Source of the DNA: an uncultured Gammaproteobacteria bacterium
GTDB taxonomy: Bacteria; Patescibacteriota; Patescibacteriia; Magasanikbacterales; GWA2-37-8
Assembly: GCA_964482695.1 (NCBI GenBank)
Contig: CAYZYP010000001.1
Span: 4,143-68,142 of the forward strand
Length of the DNA stretch: 64,000 bases
Direction of reading: 5' to 3'
Part shown: positions 57,721 to 64,000 of the stretch, in pieces
Layout of the letters: each line of letters begins with the position of its first letter
How positions within the stretch are numbered: the stretch's first letter is position 1
Position numbers and translations under genes: made by a program
Notes under the pieces: generated by a model
What the model was told of the DNA's origin: nothing
What the model saw: only the letters and a program-made list of their open reading frames with translations
Databases searched by the model: none

Positions 57721-58503
57721 TTGACAGCAGTTTTTTACTATTACATATATTTGATTTTAATTATTTTATTCAACATTTTTTGTGATATTATGAAAATTAA
57801 AGATTGGTACAAAATATATTTTTTGATATTTCCTTTGCGTTTGATTAGATATCATAGTTATCGAATTGGGATTTTTGTAAAAAAAGTAGTAGAGTCATGC
57901 GATGAAAAAGATAAAAAAATATTAGATGTAGGTGCTGGAGACTGCCCATATAAAAAATGTTTTAAACATATCCTATATTTTTCTCAAGATGTCCGGCAAA
58001 ACAAAAGTAGGTCTATTGATTTTGTTGGTGATATTAATACCGGTTTGAATGAGATAAATGACAATTTTTTTGATTATATTCTCTGCACGCAAGTATTAGA
58101 ACATATTAAAGAGCCCAAAAAGGCTTTTAAGGAATTTTATCGCGTATTAAAACCAGGTGGAAAAGTTTTTTTAACAACCCATTTGTGTTTTGAAGAACAC
58201 ATGATACCTTATGATTATTTTCGTTTTACCAAGTACGGACTTAAATATTTAGGAGAATCTTCTGGTTTTGCGATGGAACATATAGCACCACACGGCGGGG
58301 TATTTCACCTGTTGGCTCTCATTGTAGATACTATCCCGATTAAAATATTTTTTAAACGCCAAAGTTTTTGTTATCATCTTTATTTAATTCTGTTTACTAT
58401 ACCAATTTTAATTTTTAATAGCCTATGCTATTTGTTAGATTTTTTAGATAAAGAGAAAATAATGACTTTAAATTACGAATGTGTTTATTATAAGAAAAAA
58501 TAA
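57721..58503 (+). CDS. Class I SAM-dependent methyltransferase (start possibly MKIKDWY at ~57791)
   Basis: ILDVGAGDC, VLKPGGKVFLTT. Confidence 0.55.
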   Translation: MTAVFYYYIYLILIILFNIFCDIMKIKDWYKIYFLIFPLRLIRYHSYRIGIFVKKVVESCDEKDKKILDVGAGDCPYKKCFKHILYFSQDVRQNKSRSIDFVGDINTGLNEINDNFFDYILCTQVLEHIKEPKKAFKEFYRVLKPGGKVFLTTHLCFEEHMIPYDYFRFTKYGLKYLGESSGFAMEHIAPHGGVFHLLALIVDTIPIKIFFKRQSFCYHLYLILFTIPILIFNSLCYLLDFLDKEKIMTLNYECVYYKKK

Positions 58504-58556
58504 GAGGCAAACATTTATTTTTTGTTTGTTTAATTTATTTTCGCTATTGTTTTTTT

Positions 58557-61244
58557 ATGTTGTGGCTTAAAGGTATAAAAAAAAGATTGTATTACGTTAG
58601 CTGTCGTTTGAGGGGTAAAATATATCCGTTATCCTTTTTTGTTATAGGGCTTCTGTCTTTATTGTGGTTTGAAAAATCTACATTAATAGCCGGCGGTAGT
58701 TTTAATTGGCCTGTTGATTTTGTTTATTATTTTAAAGATACAATATCTGGTTGGCGACATATAGATTTATTTGGTAATTACAACGTAAGACAATATGCTT
58801 ATTTATTTCCCTATGCTATTTTAGGTTATTTTTTCCAATTAATTTTTGATAATTCTTTGGTTTATGAAAAATTTTTATTTTATACTTGTTTTAGTTTTTC
58901 TGGGTTTTCAATGTATATATTGGCAAGAAGATATGGAATAAGTAAGACAGCCTGTTTTCTTGCCGGTTTATTTTATATGTTTTCACCGTTTGCTCTTTTG
59001 GTTGTGTGGTACCTATCAATTGGTTTTTATTTCCCTTTTTATAGTTTTTTACCTTTGTATATCTTGTTACTGCTAGATTTTTTAGAAAATCGGAGGGATC
59101 TTTGTTTGACTTTATTTTTTTTAACTATCTTACCGTTATCAATAACTTTCGGCAACCCAACTTTTTTACTATTAATAGTTTTTTTCTTTATAATTTATTT
59201 TTTTTATCATTTGTTTGTTGGTTCAGACAAGCTAGCCTTGATAAAAAAATTTGCAATATTTTTTATTTTTTATTTCCTTATTAATCTATATTGGATAAGC
59301 CCGCTAATTTTTGATTTGAATAATCAATATGTGGCGGCCGACAATCAGACCGTACTGCAAACTGCAAGTGACGCAGAAAATATCAAATTGAACAGTTTTA
59401 AAAATTATGAAAATTTTAGGAATTTTGGCCTGTGGAGTTTCCACGCTGAACACGATGGAGACTATTATTATCCTTGGCACGGGTATTATTTGTCTAAAAT
59501 TTTTATAATTTTTTCTTTTATTATTCCATTAATTTTATTATTTTCTTTTGTTGATAAAAATATTAAAGATAAAAAGAGCAGGTTGTTTTGGGTTGTTATT
59601 TTTATTATTTTTTTTACTTTAAATGCCTTAGCGAATGTAAAAATAGGCACTAGCCTAGCTTTGATTATTCAGAGGATTCCTTTTTTAGAAAGGGCTTTTC
59701 GTGGAGGTGGAACTAAATATGGTTTCGTGTATACCCTAGCTTTTTCGATGGTATTAGCTTACGGTTTTGATTTTTTGAAGAAAAAATTTAAATATTATAT
59801 TTTAGTGTTAGCAGTGCCTATCATGATAATAGGTTTTCCTTTTATAACAGGAGATGTGGTTTATCGCGGAGGGCGTATCATGACTGCTTATCTAGCCCAA
59901 GTACCAAAAGAATATTTTTTATTAAAAAATTATTTACAAGATCGCAAACTTAATGGGCGTGGTTTAGTTTTCCCAACTGCTTTTTTTTATAGTTATTTTA
60001 ACGAATGGAACGCGGGTTATAGTGGTACAGATTATTTAAGAGAATTTACCAAAGAACCAATTATTAGCACCTCGGATGGTTTATTGGTTCCATATATATA
60101 TAAGGTGGCAGGTTTAAAGAATGGCCACCTTCCGTTTGTATTAGATATTTTTAATATTAAAAATATTATTTATCGTGCCGACTATAATGTAAACGGTAAA
60201 TTTTTTAGTATAGACGAATCATTATTTTCCACAATAAATAGTAAGATTGTTTATGACAACGATATTTTTACTGTGTCACAGAGAAATAGTTCATGGCCAC
60301 ATATCTATATTCCGGACAAAATTATTAATTGCGTCGGCGGTGTGGAAAGTTTAGTGCGTTGCGTTGGTGTTTTTGACTATGATTTTCGTCCAGTGATATA
60401 TTTTAGTGGACAAAATAAGGACAAAAGTTTTCTAATAGATAAAAATGAATATAATAAAGTTGAATCAACGCCCCATCTAGAATTTGAAAAAATTAATTCC
60501 ACCAAATATCGTCTTCGTATTCACCAAACCTCTAGCATTTTTCCTTTAGTTTTTAGTGAGAATTACCACAATAGTTGGAAAGTCTATGTCATGAAATCAA
60601 AAAATTTAAAGACAGAATTTGAAAGTGGACTAGATAACAAAGTTATTAATTATAAAATATTAGCTAATAACGAAGATGACCAGGCCACCAAATTAGAATT
60701 AGAAGATTTCATTAAAAAAGGTTTTGTTTCTACTTTAGGCGACGGCTCAGAAAAACAAATTAAACATAAAAAATATGAAAATGGTCAAGAAAAGTTAGAT
60801 TATATTGAAAAATATAATATTGACTTTATCTCCAAAAATTTTCAAGGCACCATCCAAAACAACAATCTCCCAAAAGGAAAATTTTACGAAACGTGGTTGG
60901 CTGGAAAATTGGGAGAAAAAAATAATGGAATCACGCAAAAGATTTTTAGTCTTGTCCAAAATAATAGTATAAAACAATTACCCGAAGAAAATCACTTAAC
61001 AGCCAACGGCTATGCTAATAGCTGGCTAATAGAAACCGATAAAATTTGTTCGCAGACTGATTTTTGTGTCAAAAATCCCGACGGCACCTATGACTTTGAA
61101 TTAGTAGTGGAATTTTGGTCGCAGCGGTTATTTTATATTGGCTTGTTTGTATCTGGCATCACTTTGTTTGGTTGTCTTGGTTATTTAATGTATGATATTT
61201 TAAAAAAAAGGGGGAGGGGAAAAGACCAAGAGGTAAAAAAATAG
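58557..61244 (+). CDS. Large polytopic membrane protein (895 aa): ~13 N-terminal TM, large extracytoplasmic domain, C-terminal TM; putative GT-C-type glycosyltransferase
   Basis: Hydrophobicity pattern only; no diagnostic motif found (no WWDYG). Confidence 0.4.
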   Translation: MLWLKGIKKRLYYVSCRLRGKIYPLSFFVIGLLSLLWFEKSTLIAGGSFNWPVDFVYYFKDTISGWRHIDLFGNYNVRQYAYLFPYAILGYFFQLIFDNSLVYEKFLFYTCFSFSGFSMYILARRYGISKTACFLAGLFYMFSPFALLVVWYLSIGFYFPFYSFLPLYILLLLDFLENRRDLCLTLFFLTILPLSITFGNPTFLLLIVFFFIIYFFYHLFVGSDKLALIKKFAIFFIFYFLINLYWISPLIFDLNNQYVAADNQTVLQTASDAENIKLNSFKNYENFRNFGLWSFHAEHDGDYYYPWHGYYLSKIFIIFSFIIPLILLFSFVDKNIKDKKSRLFWVVIFIIFFTLNALANVKIGTSLALIIQRIPFLERAFRGGGTKYGFVYTLAFSMVLAYGFDFLKKKFKYYILVLAVPIMIIGFPFITGDVVYRGGRIMTAYLAQVPKEYFLLKNYLQDRKLNGRGLVFPTAFFYSYFNEWNAGYSGTDYLREFTKEPIISTSDGLLVPYIYKVAGLKNGHLPFVLDIFNIKNIIYRADYNVNGKFFSIDESLFSTINSKIVYDNDIFTVSQRNSSWPHIYIPDKIINCVGGVESLVRCVGVFDYDFRPVIYFSGQNKDKSFLIDKNEYNKVESTPHLEFEKINSTKYRLRIHQTSSIFPLVFSENYHNSWKVYVMKSKNLKTEFESGLDNKVINYKILANNEDDQATKLELEDFIKKGFVSTLGDGSEKQIKHKKYENGQEKLDYIEKYNIDFISKNFQGTIQNNNLPKGKFYETWLAGKLGEKNNGITQKIFSLVQNNSIKQLPEENHLTANGYANSWLIETDKICSQTDFCVKNPDGTYDFELVVEFWSQRLFYIGLFVSGITLFGCLGYLMYDILKKRGRGKDQEVKK

Positions 61245-61335
61245 GCAAAATAATTTTGATTTGCTTTTCATGATGTTAAGTGATAATATATTGTAAGGAG
61301 TTAACATTTAAGATTTAATTCTAATAATTTTTAAT

Positions 61336-62565
61336 ATGCCCCAGCCCTCAATAGAAGGAGAAAAAAAAGGAGTTTTGACCAAGTTAATAATTGGCGTTGT
61401 CTTGGTTTTGGTTGTCGCCGGCGGTCTAGTTTATTATTTTCTAGCCTTTTTTAAAGGCAGTTCATCTAGCATTTATCAATCAGGTGTTGAGCTAAAAGAA
61501 GTCAAAGTGCAAAAAATTACTTCACAAACCAGTGATTATGCCTGGCAAGTAGGCAGTAGTACTATGGCTTCTAGAGTAAAAATAACTAATTTTGAAAATA
61601 ACGAAAAATGGCAGGGTGGCGGGGTTTATGATACCTCTGTTTACTACGAGGGCTCACAGAGTCTAAGCTTGGTTAGCGTTGACAGAAAAGAAATTAAAAC
61701 TTATTTAAAGAAAGATTTGGATTTGTCAAACATGGAGTACGCGGAATTTATGATTAATATCAATGACAAAAACGCCATAGAAAATATCTATCTAGAGTTT
61801 GGCGATTTAGAGATGAATAATTATTATAGCTATAATTTATCAAATTTAGAGAATGGCTGGAATTTTGTTCAAATACCAAAAAAACAATTTGTGGCTACGC
61901 TTGATGGCAAAACTAGCTTTGATTGGGACAAAATAAAAAAGGTGCAGTTACGCGCTAATTCCAGAGTTGATTCAATGCTAATAGCCAGAGTAGATATGTT
62001 GCGTGGCATTGTTAATTCGGATAACTTTATTAAGAATTGGAAAGTTTATAACGATCTTGAGAAAAAAACTTTTAGTTTGTATCAAGTTGGCGACAGAGAT
62101 GGTTTAGTGGTTCGTAATTTAGGATCTTCCAGAGCTGTGTTAAACGATGTTAAAAATGCCAAGAATTTTATTTATTCAGCTTCTATATCGCCGCAATCCA
62201 ATTCTTTAAGTGGTTTGTTTATTCGTGGCAATTATACCAATGGCTATGGTTATTATTTTCTAATTGGTGGTGTAAGGGAAAATACTTGGCAGATAACAAA
62301 ATTAGGCAACAAAGGGTGGCTAACGGCCAGTGATGTAATAAGAGGCACTATTGGCAACGAAGTATTTCAAAATGACAAAGAATATTGGCTAAGAGTAGAA
62401 GCCAATAGCAGCGATATGAAGTTTTATTTATCTTTTGATGGTGATAAATATTATCAGTTAGGAGAATTAAAAGATTCAGAATTTACCAGCGGCGGGATTG
62501 GCGTAGCCGTGTTGAGTAATTTAGGCTGGAGCGTGTTTAATGATTTTATGTATAAGAAATTATAA
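61336..62565 (+). CDS. Signal-anchored secreted/surface protein, hypothetical
   Basis: N-terminal TM then 380-aa beta-rich domain. Confidence 0.4.
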   Translation: MPQPSIEGEKKGVLTKLIIGVVLVLVVAGGLVYYFLAFFKGSSSSIYQSGVELKEVKVQKITSQTSDYAWQVGSSTMASRVKITNFENNEKWQGGGVYDTSVYYEGSQSLSLVSVDRKEIKTYLKKDLDLSNMEYAEFMININDKNAIENIYLEFGDLEMNNYYSYNLSNLENGWNFVQIPKKQFVATLDGKTSFDWDKIKKVQLRANSRVDSMLIARVDMLRGIVNSDNFIKNWKVYNDLEKKTFSLYQVGDRDGLVVRNLGSSRAVLNDVKNAKNFIYSASISPQSNSLSGLFIRGNYTNGYGYYFLIGGVRENTWQITKLGNKGWLTASDVIRGTIGNEVFQNDKEYWLRVEANSSDMKFYLSFDGDKYYQLGELKDSEFTSGGIGVAVLSNLGWSVFNDFMYKKL

Positions 62566-62581
62566 GCGACGCAGGCGAGTG

Positions 62582-62605
62582 AAAAGCAAACTTGTTTGCT
62601 TTTTC
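62582..62605 (+). terminator. Rho-independent terminator (aaagcaaac-ttg-tttgcttt + ttcg)
   Basis: 9-bp stem then T-run, immediately after stop of preceding gene. Confidence 0.55.
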
Positions 62606-62675
62606 GAGCCGAGGAGTTTATACACCCCGTGGTCTTCGCCACAGGAGAGGGTTTATAAAAGTTACACAAAACATA

Positions 62676-63656
62676 ATGAATTTTGTAATTTTTTTAGGCA
62701 AATTAAAAATTTTTCTATTTAAGCGCGGTTTGGTATTAATTGAAAGTTTAAAAATAATCTTTGCCAAAATGCTGGCCGACGCTCGGAAACAGCCAATAAC
62801 AACTTTGGCCGTGTTTGTTGTTTTTAGCGCGCTGTTTTTTATATTTGATAACAAATTAGCCGCTTTACTTATAGCTTCTATAATTCCGATTATTGTTTTT
62901 CGTTGGGATCCGCGGATTTATTTTGGTTTTGCCTTATTATTTTTGTTTGTTACGCCATTTTTTTTAATTTTTCAGCAAGAATATTTGGCAGAACAAATGG
63001 CTATTTACACCTATTATTTGCTTTGCGCCGGAGTAGTTTGCCAAATTATTGAATACGCGCGCGATAATCGAGATGGAGGTGGAGCGACAAAAGAATTTAA
63101 ACAATGGGCTAAAATTAATATTAGTAGTTTAGTTTTAATAATTATTGTTATATTATTTTCCGTTGGTTTTTATTATATAAATAACAAATTTACCAAACAG
63201 CTGGCCGCACAAAACAAACTTTTAATGCAAATGGGAGGTTACAAAGTAGAAGAAGCCGACAAAGAATTGGGGAAATTAAAAAAACAAATAAAAGATTTGG
63301 TTGATTTATATAGCGGCGTCTCTGTTTCTTCTATTAATAATTTAACCAGCAGTTCGGCTAGCGGCGCTGTTTTAAAAACAAAGCCTATTACAGTAGAAAT
63401 ATTAAATGGTACTCTGTCAAAAGGGATGGCTACTGATTTAGGGGATCTTTTAAAAAATAAAGGATTTACAATAATAAGTGTCGGCAACGCTAACGGCAAT
63501 TATACTACCACTACTATTTTTTATAATTCCACCGGCAAGAATTACGCCGAAGCAGTAGAAAAAGAAGTGAGTAATTTTTATTTTACCCAAACACAAGAAT
63601 CTTCTGCTAAATTAAACAGTGATGTTTTGGTGATAATTGGCACTAAAAAGAAATGA
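62676..63656 (+). CDS. Membrane protein with C-terminal LytR_C (LytR/CpsA/Psr C-terminal) domain; start taken at MNFVIFLGK
   Basis: ITVEILNGTLSKGMATDLGDLLKNKGFTIISVGNANGNYTTTTIFY...VLVIIGTK. Confidence 0.55.
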   Translation: MNFVIFLGKLKIFLFKRGLVLIESLKIIFAKMLADARKQPITTLAVFVVFSALFFIFDNKLAALLIASIIPIIVFRWDPRIYFGFALLFLFVTPFFLIFQQEYLAEQMAIYTYYLLCAGVVCQIIEYARDNRDGGGATKEFKQWAKINISSLVLIIIVILFSVGFYYINNKFTKQLAAQNKLLMQMGGYKVEEADKELGKLKKQIKDLVDLYSGVSVSSINNLTSSSASGAVLKTKPITVEILNGTLSKGMATDLGDLLKNKGFTIISVGNANGNYTTTTIFYNSTGKNYAEAVEKEVSNFYFTQTQESSAKLNSDVLVIIGTKKK

Positions 63657-64000
63657 GAAAAAAAATAATTAAATTTCTTCCCATAGCCTATTTTATCGTA
63701 TTGGCTTTAGCGATTTTAGGGCCGCTACTCAAGCCTGGCTATGTTTTTTTATTAGATTTTGTTTTAGCGCCAACCTCTTATTTTAATTTCAGTAATTATT
63801 TAAACGGCCAAAGTTTGCTTGCTTCTCTACCGTATAATCTTGTTGTTTATTTATTATCTTTGTTGATACCAGCGTGGATTATTCAAAAAATAATCTTCTT
63901 TTTTATTTTTTTCTTCAGTGGTTTCGCCATGTGGCGGTCTTTGCCAGAAAAATTGGGAGTAGGCCCACGTTTAATAGCAAGCACTTTTTTTGTTGTTAAT
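63654..64000 (+). CDS. Partial (5' end only) polytopic membrane protein, runs off window
   Basis: ATG overlapping previous stop; MRKKIIKFLPIAYFIVLALAILGPLL... hydrophobic. Confidence 0.35.

Noticed and set aside
62592-62676. Upstream TTG-initiated extension of the LytR_C protein ORF
   Set aside because: It overlaps the terminator hairpin of the preceding gene. The ATG at 62676 is the more plausible start.
1-64000. CRISPR arrays, rRNA genes, integrase/transposase genes
   Set aside because: No regularly spaced direct repeats, no rRNA-like conserved segments and no recognisable transposase or integrase ORFs were seen. The mobile elements here are non-autonomous.

Overview
This is an AT-rich bacterial chromosomal segment with GC-richer islets. 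Nearly all genes are recognisable from their translated ORFs. The gene content and the compact housekeeping proteins suggest a reduced-genome, Patescibacteria/CPR-like organism; this is an inference from short UvrA/UvrB/UvrC, no rplA after rplK, a tRNA-Ile with a UAU anticodon, many glycosyltransferases and little biosynthesis. Gene order, start to end: a three-gene ABC-2 transporter; uvrB; an inserted three-gene minus-strand cassette bounded by a MITE-like element; uvrA; a RelE/RHH toxin-antitoxin pair; uvrC; a small acidic protein; a histidine kinase with no response regulator gene in this window; a GC-rich islet carrying a GNAT, an AdoMetDC (speH) and a GAMT-like methyltransferase; a GC-rich patch with a small gene that has a strong Shine-Dalgarno site (aaggaggtg); rplS; gmk; a second MITE-like copy; an rluD-like gene; tRNA-Ile(UAU); a PAP2 phosphatase; an RmlA-like nucleotidyltransferase; mltG; queA interrupted in frame by two palindromic elements; an alkD-like gene; yhhQ; rplK-nusG-secE; gyrB; a SEDS (FtsW/RodA) gene; rplY; a DUF3048 gene; prmC; a GT-C/DUF2079/methyltransferase/GT2 block; prfA; rpmE; rpsB-tsf behind a consensus promoter and a GC-rich leader. 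The last ~24 kb is a surface-glycan biosynthesis locus (flippase, GT2/GT4 enzymes, UXS, gmd, a ColD-like dehydratase, fcl-like and FdtA/B/C-like genes, methyltransferases, a B12/radical-SAM enzyme, a LytR_C protein) with an AbiEi/AbiEii module embedded in it. The most unusual features are several small palindromic/TIR repeat families, some of them inserted in frame into housekeeping genes (queA, uvrA, the radical-SAM gene), in the manner of Rickettsia palindromic elements. No CRISPR array or rRNA was seen.
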